Notes: generated from the sequence alone by a model not told the origin. Counted from the stretch's first letter, positions 27,194-39,712 are shown. The stretch: DNA of 64,000 nt from Scyliorhinus canicula (GCF_902713615.1 NC_052146.1:297112000-297175999), one strand, 5' to 3'. Made by a program: numbers and translations.

Positions 27194-27815
27194 CAGGTAA
27201 AACTCCTCTACCGACCTCCTAATGCTGCACTTGACCTTCTCCAAACAACAATATTTAACAGCCGTGTGCATTGGCTGACAATTACCGAACCTTAACGAAA
27301 CCTGTCTGGTCTTCTGCGATCACCTCTGGCAAGCAGGTCTCCAATTGCAGCGCCAACACCCCTACAAGGAATTTAGTTTTCACGTTCAAAAGGGACATGG
27401 GTCGATATAACCCACAGTTTATAGGGTCCTTGTCCTTCAGGATCAGAGAAGTAGAAGCCTGTGTTTTTTTTTTATAAATGTTTTTTTATTGGGTTTTTGA
27501 ACAAAGTATATTTACCGTTATGTACACAGGATAGAACATAGAACAGTACAGCACAGTACAGGCCCTTTGGCCCACGATGTTGTGCTGACCACAGATCCTA
27601 ATCTAAGATCAACCTAACCTACACCCCTTCAATTTACTGCTGTCCATGTGCCTGTCCAAGAGTAGCTTATATGTCCCTAATGACTCTGACTCCACCACCT
27701 CCGTTGGCAGTGCATTCCACGCACCCACCACTCTCTGTGTAAAGAACCTACCTCTGACGTCTCCCCGTACCTTCCTCCAATCACCTTAAAATTATGCCCC
27801 CTCATGATAAGAGAC

Positions 27816-28103
27816 TGTGGTGAATGTAATATATGTTAATATATATGTTAATTCACACTGTTGTTGTAAGCGCAGTAGCGCTGTCCTACCACTAGGGGAG
27901 TAGCGCTAGGAGCACTTAGGAACTTGTACTGGGCTCCACCCTTGGTTCCGCCCACGCCTCCTCCCCCTAGTGCAGCTGTATAAGTACCCGTGTCCAGAGT
28001 CAGCCTGGGTTCATCGACAGGTAACAGGCTGGCTCTGAAGTAAGTCGATTAAAGCCTAGATTCACATCGGAAACACGTGTCTGGTGAATTGATGGTTCCA
28101 TGA
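27816..28103 (+). repeat. 5' LTR (288 bp)
   Basis: Near-identical to 32314-32624; TATA-like TATAAG ~27979, ATTAAA 28048. Confidence 0.93.
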
Positions 28104-28136
28104 ATTTAATCGACTTAAGAACAGTAAAGATCGATT

Positions 28137-31100
28137 ATGGAATCGGTCCTCAAGCCTGGACGCCTGGAACTCGACCCGCAGGATGCAGAGGCTAAAGAAA
28201 TCTTCTCCCACTGGATACGGTGCTTCAAGGCCTACCTGGCAGAAGCGAGCACAGCCGAAACTACAGAGGATCAGAAGCTAAGTCTACTGCACGCGAGGGT
28301 GAGCCACAGAATCTCGACGCAACTAAACTCGGCCAGTTCATATACTGCGGCGCTAGCAGTTCTCGAAAAAATGTATGTAAGGCCCATTAATGAAGTTTAC
28401 TCTCGCCATGTGTTCGCCATGTGTTCACGATTCACCGTCAGCGGCCTACGGAATCACTCACCGAATTCCTAAGAGAACTTAACAATTTGTCCAATGACTG
28501 TAATTACCAAGCGGTTACCGCGGCTGAACACTGGGAATTGGCGGTACGCGATGTTTTTGTAGCGGGCCTCAGGTCTATCTATGTGTGCCAACGACTGCTG
28601 GAAAAGGGGGCCCAGGACTTAGAAACGACTGTGGAAGTTGCGGCCACGATGGAGGTCTCCTTCCGCAGCCTTAACTCGTTCCCCGCGGACCCCGTGAGCC
28701 AAACATGGGCCCCCGACCAGCAACTCCCCCAGGCCTATGCCACGCGGCCGCCCAGCCACCATGCTGCCCCAGCCAGCCACCATGCTGCCCCAACCAGCCA
28801 GTATGCTGCCCCAGCCAGCCACTATGCTGCCCCAGCCAGCCACTATGCTGCCCCAGCCAGCCACTATGCTGCTCCAGCCTGCCATTTCTGTGGCCAGAAT
28901 CAGCACCTGCGGCAGCACTGCCCGGCCCGCAACGCGACCTGCAGCAGCTGCGGCAAAAAGGGCATTACGCAAGAGTGTGCCTCGCTAAAAGGGCCCCAGC
29001 TTCCAACTCCCCAGCGACTCGCAGTAACCGCTCCCCTCACTCGCAGCCCCACGGGGCCCGAAACGCTGTGGCCTATGCCCCGACTCCGCCCCCTCCAGCC
29101 ACGTGCGATCCATGGGGGCCGCCATCTTGGAAAACCTCCACCACGCACCTAGCCACGTGCGACTCATGGGGGCAGCCATCTTGGACGCAATCTTCCTCGC
29201 TGCCCGCCACGTGCGACTCATGGGGGCCGCCATCTTGGATGCCATCTTCCTCGCCGCCCGCCACGTGCGATCCACGGGCCCGATCGGCATCTCTGCACTC
29301 GGACAACTCAGCGGAGGAATTCGAACTAAACTATGAACTCAGAGGGCAGTCATCACGGGGCCACTCCAGCACAGCTGATCGAGCCGCCGACTACCCGCAA
29401 CTCAGCGTGGTCACCCTGGACCAATCACGACCAAAGAATCTACGAAACTCGATGGCAGAGGTCCATATCAACGCGTACAAAACGCCATGTCTCTTCGACT
29501 CCGGGAGCACGGAGAGCTTCATACATCCAGACCTGGTAAGACGCTGTTCGCTCCCCGTTTTCCCCGTGCAGCAAACTATCTCACTCGCTTCAGGCTTCCA
29601 CTCGGTCCAGATCCAGGGGCGCACCGCCGCGACACTCACAATCCAAGGCGCTAGTTACTCGAAGTTCAAACTCTACGTTTTGCCCGAACTCTGTGCGCCA
29701 CTCTTATTAGGCCTAGACTTCCAATGCAACCTCAAGAGCCTCACCCTCAGCTTCGGAGGGCCCCTGCCCCCACTCATGATCTGCAGCCTCGCTACACTGC
29801 GAATTCCCCCCCTCCTCTCTTTGCCAATCTCACTAAGGACTGTAAACCCGTAGCCACTCGTAGCAGGTGGTATAGCCTGCAGGATAGGGTATTTGTCAGA
29901 GCAGAGGTCCGAAGGCTACTCAGTGAGGGGGTTATAGAGGCCAGCAATAGTCCCTGGAGAGCTCAGGTGGTGGTCGTTAAGACCGGGGAAAAATTCCGTA
30001 TGGTGGTCGACTACAGTCAGACTATAAATAGATTTACGCTCCTCGACGCGTATCCCCATCCCAGGATTGCAGACATGGTAAACCAGATCGCCCAGTACCG
30101 GCTCTTTTCCATTGTGGATCTGAAGTCTGCATACCACCAGCTCCCAATCCGCCCGGAGGACCGCCACTATACGGCATTCAAGGCCGATGGCCGCCTCTTC
30201 CATTTCCTCCGGGGCCCTTTCGGCGTCACCAATGGGGTCTCGGTGTTCCAACGAGCAATGGACCGAATGGTAGACCAGTACGGGCTGCGGACCACGTTTC
30301 CGTACTTGGACAATGTCACCATCTGCGGCTATGACCAGCAGGACCACGACGCCAACCTCCACCGTTTTCTCCAGACGGCACAGAAACTGAATCTCACGTA
30401 CAACAAGGAGAAATGCGTTTTCCGCACATCCAGACTAGCCATCCTCGGCTATGTCGTGGAAAACGGAGTCCTGGGCCCCGACCCGGACCGTATGCGCCCC
30501 CTCTTAGAACTCTCTCCCCCTCATTGTCCCAAGGCCCTCAAACGGTGCTCGGGATTTTTTTCCTACAACGCCCAGTGGGTCCCTCAATATGCGGACAAAG
30601 CCCGCCCACTCTTTATGACCACACGATTTCCCCTGTCAGCCGAGGCACGCCAGGCCTTCGACGGCATCAAGGAGGACATCGCCAAAGCGGCCATGCGGGC
30701 GGTGGATGAATCCACCCCATTTCAGGTAGAGAGCGACGCCTCAGAGGTAGCTCTTGCAGCCACGTTAAATCAGGCAGGGAGACCAGTTGCATTTTTCTCC
30801 CGTACCCTATCTGCTTCAGAACTCCGACACTCTTCAGTCGAGAAAGAAGCACAAGCCATTGTGGAGGCTATCCGTCACTGGAGGCACTACCTCGCAGGTA
30901 GGAGGTTCACCCTCATCACCGACCAAAGATCGGTTGCCTTCATGTTCGACAACTCGCAAAGGGGCAAAATAAAAAACGATAAAATTCTGAGGTGGAGGAT
31001 CGAACTCTCCACCTATAATTACGATATCAAATATTGACCCGGGAAGCTCAACGAGCCTCCGGATGCCCTATCCCGCGGGACATGCGCCAGCGCGCAGATC

Positions 31101-32271
31101 GACTGATTAAAAAGCATCCACAATGACCTCTGCCACCCGGGGTTCACCCGGCTCGCCCACTACATTAGGGCCCGAAACCTGCCTTTCTCCAACGAGGAGG
31201 TAAAAGCGGTCACCAGGGACTGCCCGATCTGTGCGGAGTGCAAACCGCACTTCTATAGACCAGACAGGGCCCACCTGGTCAAGGCTTCGAGGCCCTTTGA
31301 ACGCCTCGCGATTGATTTCAAAGGGCCACTCCCCTCAACTAACAAGAACGTTTACTTTTTAAACGTCGTAGACGAGTTCTCCCGTTTCCCATTCGCTATC
31401 CCGTGCCACGACATGACCTCCCACACAGTCATTAGGGCCCTGCATAGCATCTTCACCCTGTTTGGTTTCCCCAGCTACGTACACAGCGACCGGGGTTCGT
31501 CCTTCATGAGCAACGAGCTGCGTCAGTACCTGCTCGAAAAGGGCATTGCCTCGAGCAGGACTACCAGCTACAACCCCAGGGGGAACGGGCAGGTGGAAAG
31601 GGAGAACACAACGGTCTGGAAGACCATCCTACTGACCCTCCGGTTTAGAAAGCTCCAAGTCTCCCAGTGGCAGGAAGTCCTCCCAGACACGCTCCACGCT
31701 ATTAGGTCCATTTTGTGTACGGCGACCAACCAGACCACTCACGAGAGGCTCTTCATTTTTTCCAGGGGCACTACCACGAGGGTCTCACTTCCGGCATGGC
31801 TGAGGACACCGGGCCCCGTACTCCTGAGGAAACACGTCAGGGCGCACAAAACCGACCCCCTTGTTGAGAAGGTGCGCCTGCTCCACTCCAACCCCCAGTA
31901 CGCATTCGTCGAGTTCCGTGACGGCCGTCAGGACACTGTATCCCTCCGGGATCTGGCACCCGCCGGATCCAGCGCCCCCCCTACCACCACAGAAGGATCT
32001 CTCACCCTACACCCCATGCTACCTCCCCCTTGCGCTCCCGAGCCCACAAGCTCGCTCCACCAGTTCCGCGCCCCCGCGCCGGCCAGCCCCCAGCGCCCCC
32101 AGTCCCCGGTCGAACCAGGAGAGTATGAAGCTCGGATACAACCCTCCCTGGAGTCCCCATCGTACCCCAGCACACCATACCCATCCAGCCACTGCAAGAG
32201 GCTGCAACCCCGGTGCTCCGCAGATCTCAGCGGACAATTCGACCGCCGGACAGACTGACTTTGTAGACTAG
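28137..32271 (+). pseudogene. Disrupted gag-pol of the Gypsy element
   Basis: CHFCGQNQH..C / CSSCGKKGH..C knuckles; protease LFDSGS; RT VDLKSAYHQ and YLDN; RNase H ESDAS..EKEA..TDQ; IN HHCC + AIDF/HSDRG/NGQVERE. Frameshifts at ~28415 (11-bp duplication), ~28960, ~29810; CGA>TGA-type stops at 31035 and 31104. Confidence 0.9.
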
Positions 32272-32313
32272 ATCACCACCCCCGCCAGACTTGATTTTTT
32301 TGAAGGGGGTGAA

Positions 32314-32624
32314 TGTGGTGAATGTAATATATGTTAATTCACACTGTTGTAATATATGTTAATTCACACTGTTGTTGTAAGCGCAGTAGCGCTGTCCTAC
32401 CACTAGGGGGAGTAGCGCTGGGAGCACTTAGGAACTTGTACTGGGCTCCACCCTTGGTTCCGCCCATGACTCCTCCCCCTAGTGCAGTTGTATAAGTACC
32501 CGTGTCCAGAGTCAGCCTGGGTCACACGAGTTCATCGACAGGTAACAGGCTGGCTCTGAAGTAAGTCGATTAAAGCCTAGATTCACATCGGAAACATGTG
32601 TCTGGTGAATTGATGGTTCCATCA
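32314..32624 (+). repeat. 3' LTR (311 bp)
   Basis: Follows the PPT, ends CCATCA, followed by TSD. Confidence 0.93.
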
Positions 32625-33849
32625 GAGACATATATATATATATACACATATATAGAAGAAAAGGGCACACCCAAACATACCAAAGAAAAGAAAATAGTAA
32701 ATAATAAAAAAAATACAGTAAAAAATAAAATAGAATAACTGGTAGGGTATTGTGCACCAGTTCAACAGCAGCAACTCTGTACACCTGGCAACGGCAGAGG
32801 CGGAGGTGAGCGTGAGACGGCAGCGAGGTCCGTCCAGAAGAAGCCTGTGTTAGTGTAATGGGCAACGAACTACGAGACAAGGAATCATTAAACATGTCCA
32901 ATATTAACGGAATCAACTGACCCGCAAATGTCTTGTAGAACCCGACTGGAAATACATCAGAGCCATAGCTTTACCCATCTGCATTAACCCAATACCTTTC
33001 AAAATCTCCTCAGGACTCGACGGGGATTCCAACTCCTCCTGCCTTTCTCTCTCCGCCAATGGGAAGGACAATCCATCTAAAAACTCCGCCATGACCGAAC
33101 TCTCCTCTGGGGTTCTGAGCTATAAAAATCCCCATAGAGTGCTTTGAAAGCCGCATTGACTTCAGACGGGACGTAAACCAAACTGCTACTCGAGTTCCCA
33201 ATCTGTACAATCTCCTGGGAAGCTACCTCAGCTGGTGACTGGCTTTCTCCCCTTATTCATAGACTACCCCCTTTGAGCACTGCAGCTGACTCACCGTCTT
33301 ACCTGGTGATAATTCAAATTGCATCTGCAGCTCTTTCCTGCTCGCAAGCAACTCTGTGGTGGTGTCAAGTGAGTACTGATGGTTCACCTTAAGGATGGGG
33401 TCCACCAGCCTCTGCCACTCCACCCTCAGCCCTTTCCATATGTGCTTTATAGGAAATTATCTCCCCTTAATAACTACCTTAAGGGTATCCTGGAGCGAAG
33501 AGGCTGAGATAGACTTGTTCTTGCTAAACTTTATATACTCCTCAATGGCGGAGGATATACGTTTTCAAAATCCTTTTGTCTGCTAACAGTGCAGTATCCA
33601 ACCTCGAAGGCGGGCGCTGAGAGGGACCTGACTCTAGAACCAAGTCCACAAAGTTTAGAGCATGGTCTGAAATCACAATAGCCTAATACCCTGCCCTCTT
33701 CACCCAGGGGAGGAGACCTACCCATCAGAAAAATGCAAATATGAGTAAACATGATGGACATGAGGAAAAAAAGAAAAATTCTGATCCCACAGGTTCAATA
33801 AACGCCACAGATCTGCCCCCCACCCTCCCATCTGCTCTAGTTTGACTAA

Positions 33850-35297
33850 TTTGTCTTTGAGGATGTAACAAGCCGAGTGAATAATGGGAGTTCTGTAGAT
33901 GTAGTGTATCTGGATTTCCAGAAGGTGCCTCACAAAAGCTTAATGTGCAAGGTAAGATCCCACAGGAATGGGGGAAATATATTAACTTGGATAAGGGCGG
34001 CACGGTGGCTCAGTGGTTAGCACTGCTGCCTATGGCGCTGAGGACCCGGGTTCGATCCCGGCTCTGGGTCACTGTCCGTGTGGAGTTTGCACGTTCTCCC
34101 GGTGTCTGCGTGGGTCTCACCCCCACAATCCAAAGATATGCAGGGTAGGTGGATTGGCCACGCTAAGTTGCCCCTTAATTGGAAAAAAAAAGTAATTGTG
34201 TTGGGTACTCTAAAAATTATTTTAAAAAGCTTGGGTAGAGGTTGGCTAACCAACAGAAAGTTGAGAGTGGGGATAAATGGGCCTTTTTCTGGTTGACAAG
34301 CTATAACTAGTGGTGTGCTACAGAGTTCGATCCTCAGACCAAACTATTTACAATCTATATTAATGACTTGGATGCAGGGATAGAATGTACTGTAGCCAAA
34401 TTCACAGATGGCACTAAAATAGGTGGGAAAGAAATTTACCCGAGGGAATAAGAAATTTACAAATGGATATGGAAACCTTAGGTGAGTGGGGAAAAAAATT
34501 GGCAGATGGAATTTAATGTGGATAAGTGTGAGATAGTACAGTTTGGTCAGAGGAATAAAACTTCTTATCTAAATGGAAAGAAACGTCAAAATGCTTTGGT
34601 GCAAAGGGATCTGGGTGTCCTCGAGCATGAATCCCAGAAAGTTAGCATGTAGAGTCAACAGGTAATATTGAAGGCAAATGGAATTTTTGCATTCAATGCC
34701 AATGGAATAGAGTAGGGAAGTGCTGTTGCAACTGTACAGGGCATTGGTGAGACTGCATCCAGAGTACTGTGCAGTTTTAATCCACTTACTTCAGGAAGGA
34801 CGTAAATTAATTTGAGGCGGTTCAGAGAAGGTTCGCTAGATTAATTCCAGGAAAGACGGATTTGTTTTATGAAGCGAGATTGAGCAGTTTAAGCCTATGC
34901 CTGCTGGAGTTTAGGAGATCCAGGGGAGATCTAATTGAGGCAAATCAGATGCCAAAGGGGATTGACAGGGTAGACATATAACGGATGTTTCCCCTTGTTG
35001 GACATTCTAGAAGTAGAGGCCATTGTTTTAGGCTAAGGGTGGCAGATTTAAAAGAAATGAGGAGTAATTACTTCACTCAAAGGGTCATGAAACAGTGGAA
35101 TTCTTTACCCAGAGTGCATTGGATGCCGAAACACTGAACAAGTTTAAGGAGGAAATAGGTTTTTAATTAGTAGTGGGATAAAGGATTATGGGAAGTAGGC
35201 AGGAAGGTGGAGATGAGGCCTAAATGAGATCGGCCATGATCGTACTGAATGGCGGAGCAGGCTTGAGGGGCTGAATTGCCAACTCCTGCTCCTAGAA
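33850..35297 (+). mobile_element. Decayed CR1 LINE, interrupted by a SINE
   Basis: Degenerate RT and C-terminal similarity to 41551-43188. Confidence 0.7.
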
Positions 35298-36097
35298 ACA
35301 TAGAACATAAGCGCAGGAGTAGGCTATTCGGCCCTTCAAGCCTGCACCACCGTTCAATATGTTCATGGCTGGTCATGCAAATTCAGTATCCCACACCTGC
35401 TTTCTCTCCATACCCTTTTAGGCGCAAGGGCTACGTCTAGCCCCCTCTTGAATATATCCAACAAACTGGCCCCAACACCTTTCTGTGGTACAGAATTCCA
35501 CAACTCTCTGAGAGAAGATGTTCTTCCTAATCTCAGTCCTGAATGGCTTCCTCCTTATTCTTAGGCTGTAAGCCCTTAGTTCTGGACGTCCCCAACATCG
35601 GGAACATTCTTCCCGTCTCTAGCCTGTCCAGTCTCATCAGGATTTTATATGTTTCTATGTGATTCTCACTCTTCTAAACGCCAGTGAGTAAAAGCCTAGT
35701 TGATCCAGTCTTTCTTCATATGTCAGTCCTGCCATCCCAGGAATTAGTCTAGTGAACCTTCGCTGGACCCCTGAATAGCAAGAATGCCCTTCCTCAAACT
35801 AGGATACCAAAACTGCACACAATACTCGAGGTGTGGCTTCAGCAACGCCCTGTACAACTGCGGCAAGACATCCCTACTCCTATAATCCAATCCTCTCGCT
35901 ATGAAGGCCAGCATGCCATTAGCTTTCATCATCGCCCTCTGTACCTGCATGCCAACCTTCAGCAACTGTTCCACCATGACACCCAGGCCTCGTTGCAATT
36001 CCCTCTTTCCTAAACTGCCACCATTCAGATAATAATCTGCCTTCCTGTTTTTGTCAACAAAGTGGATAACCTCACATTTACCCACATTATATTGCAC
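35298..36097 (-). mobile_element. CR1 3' fragment
   Basis: KCEVIHF...KANGMLAFIARG...PHLEYCVQFW. Confidence 0.82.
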
Positions 36098-37429
36098 TAG
36101 TCCTTATGGTCAGACTGGTCTTGTATACCTTAAAATAGAACTCCAGTTCGGACCATTGCCAGTCATTTCCCAAGTTTTGCTTATTTTTCCTTCTCCTCTA
36201 CTAACTTTGTCCCTTTAAGTGGTAGAAGTCACTTTAGGGGCAGCAGGGTAGCATGGTGGTTAGCATAAATGCTTCACAGCTCCAGGGTCCCAGGTTCGAT
36301 TCCCGGCTGGGTCACTGTCTGTGTGGAGTCTGCACATCCTCCCCCTGTGTGCGTGGGTTTCCTCCGGGTGCTCCAGTTTCCTCCCACAGTCCAAAGATGT
36401 GCGGGTTAGGTGGATTGGCCATGCTAAAGGTTAAGGGGGGGTTGTTGGGTTACGGGTATAGGGTGGATACGTGGGTTTGAGTAGGGTGATCATGGCTCGG
36501 CACAACATTGAGGGCCGAAGGGCCTGTTCTGTGCTGTACTGTTCTATGTTCTATAAGTCACAGGTAGAAGATGCTGTCAAAGGAACCTTGGCAAGTTGCT
36601 GCAGTGCAAGTTTTACACGCTGCCTCTCATTTATTATCTATTTTCACATATCTCATCTTTGGAAACAAAGGGGCGGCACGGAGGCTAGCACTGCTGCCTC
36701 ACAGCGCCACGGTCCCGGGTTCAATTCCAGCCTTGGGTGGCTGTCTCTGTGGAGGTTGCGCTTTCTCCCCGTGTCTAATAATCTTTATTGTCACAAGTAG
36801 GCTTACATTAACAGTGCAATGAAGTTACTGTGAAAAGCCCCAAGTCGCCAGATTCTGGTGCCTGTTCGGGTACATTGAGGGAGAATTCAGAATGTCCACA
36901 TTACCTAAAGGCACGGTTTGGATTCTCCGTTCCACCGAGCCACACGTCAGGTTCACCCCGCCGGCGGGATGCTCCGTCACGCCGGCCGGTCAATGTGGTT
37001 TCCCATTGTGGGGCTGCCCCATACTGTCGTAAAACCGGAGCACCCCACCGGCGGAGAATCCAGCCCGTCTTTCGCGACTTGTGGGGGGAAACCAGAGCAC
37101 CCGGAGGAAACCCACGCAAACACGGGGAGAACGTGCAGACCCCGCACAGACAGTGACCCAAGCCGGGAATCCAACCTGGGACCCTGGAGCTGAGCCAACA
37201 GTGCTAGCCACTGTGCTACCCGTACTGCCCGTGTGTGCGTGGGTTTCCTCCGGGTGCTCCGGCTTCCTCCCACAACCCAAAGATGTGTAAGTCAGGTGGG
37301 TTGGCCATGATAAATTGCCCTTTAGTTCACCAGGGTTATGGGTCTGGGTAGGGAGGGTGCTCTTTCCGAGGGTCGGTCCAGACTCGATGGGCCGAACGGC
37401 CTCCACCTGCGCTGAGGGGATTCTGTGAA

Positions 37430-37920
37430 GGAAATTGCGTGTGTTTTGATCTGACTCCTGTTCGGCCTGAAACCTGCCCGTTTCCCCAGCGCTGACACAG
37501 ACACAGTGGACAGCTGGCTGCTGCTGCAGGGGGGAGGGCCGACCATGGCCACCCTGGAGTTGAGCCGGTGGCGGGCCGCTTTGCCGAGGGAAGGCTCATG
37601 GTCGGCCCGGCAGGCGGCGCAGTGCAGTGGAAATGGCCGCCGCGGTGTCGTCGGGCCGCCTGTGCGACAGTAACCCAGCAACACCGGGAGCGCAGTCTAG
37701 CAGGGTGAGTATGTGTGTGTGGGGCGGCTGGGGGAAAGGGTTTCCCCCCACCCCACCGGGGGCGTCTGTACACCCGCCGGGCTGGTTTTGACCTGGCTCC
37801 GGGCTGAGACGGAGAGAATTCTAATCAGCCAGCCGCCCGCCCGCAGCAAAGAGGCGGGTTGTTTTTGTGTTTCTCGCTCAGTGAACCCGCCTGCAAGTGA
37901 TGCGCGCAGTGCAATTCCTG
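37430..37920 (+). promoter_or_regulatory. PHF10 CpG island / promoter
   Basis: GC/CpG-rich non-repeat stretch spanning exon 1. Confidence 0.7.
37633..37704 (+). CDS. PHF10: PHF10 (BAF45A) exon 1
   Basis: MAAAVSSGRLCDSNPATPGAQSSR (human ...PCDSDPATPGAQSPK); donor AGG|gtgagt. Confidence 0.9.
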
Positions 37921-38929
37921 TATGGCCCATTCTCACCTGAAATAGAAAGGTGGAGCTTTGACAAAGAGTCATTTAGGCTGGAAACATTAGCTCCCTTCTC
38001 TCTCCAGACTTGCTGAGATTGCCCAGTGTTCTCTGTTTTTCCAGCATCCGCAGTAACTTGCTTTTATCTAAAATCTAAAGAACATACAGTGCAGAAGGAG
38101 GAGGCCATTCAGCCCATCGAGTCTGCACCGACCCACTTTAGCCCTCACTTCCTCCTAACCTTTTTGGTTACCAAGGGTAATTTAGCATGGCCAATCCACC
38201 TAACCTGCGCATCTTTGGACTGTGGGAGGAAACCGGAGCACCCGGAGGAAACCCACACAGACATGGGGAGAACGTGCAGACTCCACGCAGACAGTGACCC
38301 AGCGGGGAATCGAACCTGGGACCCTGGTGCTGTGAACCAACAGTGCTATCCACTTGCGCTGCATCAAAGGACTTGATTCCAGTTACCAGTTCTCCCAGTT
38401 AGTTTCTGGTGACATGATTAGCTCATCCTTTCGTTAAGTTAAATAGTAACACACCCTCCGGTGTTCTGGAACACAATTCATGATATGAGAGAATAACTTT
38501 CTCCCCCATTATTGTTCCACTCCTCTAATCCACTCGAGTTACTGCAGTAAAAAAGCAAAGAACAAAATACTGTGGATGCTAAAAGTCTGGAATGTATACA
38601 GGGATACTTAATGGGTCACAGCACCTGGGAAGAAGGACAACTGTATAACATATCTAAGGGACTAAAACAGTCTGAGTGCTATAAAGCAAAATGTAATGTG
38701 ACCAAAGATTTTCTCAAGACACTCGTATTGAGTGTAAAAGTTCCAGCCAAACATTCTCTTATTTCATTTTGAATTTTTTTTGCTCTTCAGCTGTTGATCA
38801 GTTGGAGTCACAGGGCATCTGTTGAGTCACAGGGTAACATGGTCAAGTCCTACTCCAGGCCGTGAGCACAAATGCCAAGGCTGACACTCCAGTGCAGTAC
38901 TGTGGGAGTGTTACATTGTATTATTATCA

Positions 38930-39712
38930 GACATGCTTGCATTCATCAACCGGGGCATTGAGTACAAGAGTTGGGAAATCATGCAGCAGCTATATAAAAC
39001 CTTGGTCAGGCTGCATTTGGCGCATTACATGCAGTTCTGGTCACATCAGAAGGATGGGGAAGCTTTGGAGAGAGAGCAAAGAAGGTTCACCAGGATGTTG
39101 CCTGGTCTCGAGGGTGTTGGCCATGAGGAGAGATTGAATAAACTAGGATTGTTTTCACTGGAAGGTCAGAAGCTGAGGGGAGACCTGAAAGATGTCTAAG
39201 AGGCATAGACAGAGGGCTGGATTCTCCGCCAGCTGGATGCTCCGTATTGCCAGCAGCTCTGGGGTTTCCCGACGGCGTAGGGCTGCTCCACAACGGGAAA
39301 CCCCATTGACCAGCTGGCGTGACGGAGCATCCCGCCAGCGGGGTGAAACAGAAATGTGGCGGGGTGGAGAATCCAGCCCAGGGTGTATAATCACCCTTTT
39401 TCCAAGGGTGGAAGTGTCAATTACAAGGGGGCACACGTTCAAGGTGAGAAGGGGAAAGTTTAAGGGAGATGTGCGGGGTTTTTCACGCAGAGAGTGGTGG
39501 GTGTCTGGAATGCGCTGCCAGAGGATGTGGTGGAAGCCGGCACATGAGCGACATTTAAGAGGCATCTGGATGGATACATGAATAGGGAGGAAATAGAGGG
39601 ATACGGATCGAGTAAGGCAGAAGGTTTTTTTTAGTTAGGGCTTCATGATCGGCACAGGCTTGGCGGGGCAAAGAGCCTGTTCGTGTGCCGTAACCTTTCT
39701 TTGTTCTTTCTT
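38930..39712 (+). mobile_element. CR1 3' fragment nested in a DeuSINE
   Basis: MLAFINRGIEYKS...LGLFSLE..KLRGDL. Confidence 0.8.
39214..39379. mobile_element. Short Harbinger-like MITE in a CR1 (sister copy ~36915-37066, inverted)
   Basis: TIR GGGCTGGATTCTCC / GGAGAATCCAGCCC. Confidence 0.75.

Larger units (their letters stand above)
27816..32624 (+). mobile_element. Full-length Ty3/Gypsy LTR retrotransposon (Mag-like), disabled
   Basis: Direct LTRs TG...CA, 5-bp TSD GAGAC (27811-15 / 32625-29), PPT GAAGGGGGTGAA before 32314, order gag(2xCCHC)-PR-RT-RH-IN. Confidence 0.95.
26840..33800 (-). mobile_element. Old L1-clade LINE remnant hosting the nested SINE/CR1/Gypsy insertions
   Basis: Minus-strand FPVGFYKTFAGQLIPLILDMFNDSL (32840-32960) and FFFFPHVHHVYS (EN-like, ~33760); degenerate 3' portion 26840-27460. 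Confidence 0.55.

Noticed and set aside
37067-37430. Head-to-head V-SINE pair next to the PHF10 promoter
   Set aside because: Expected at this SINE density; no specific evidence of function
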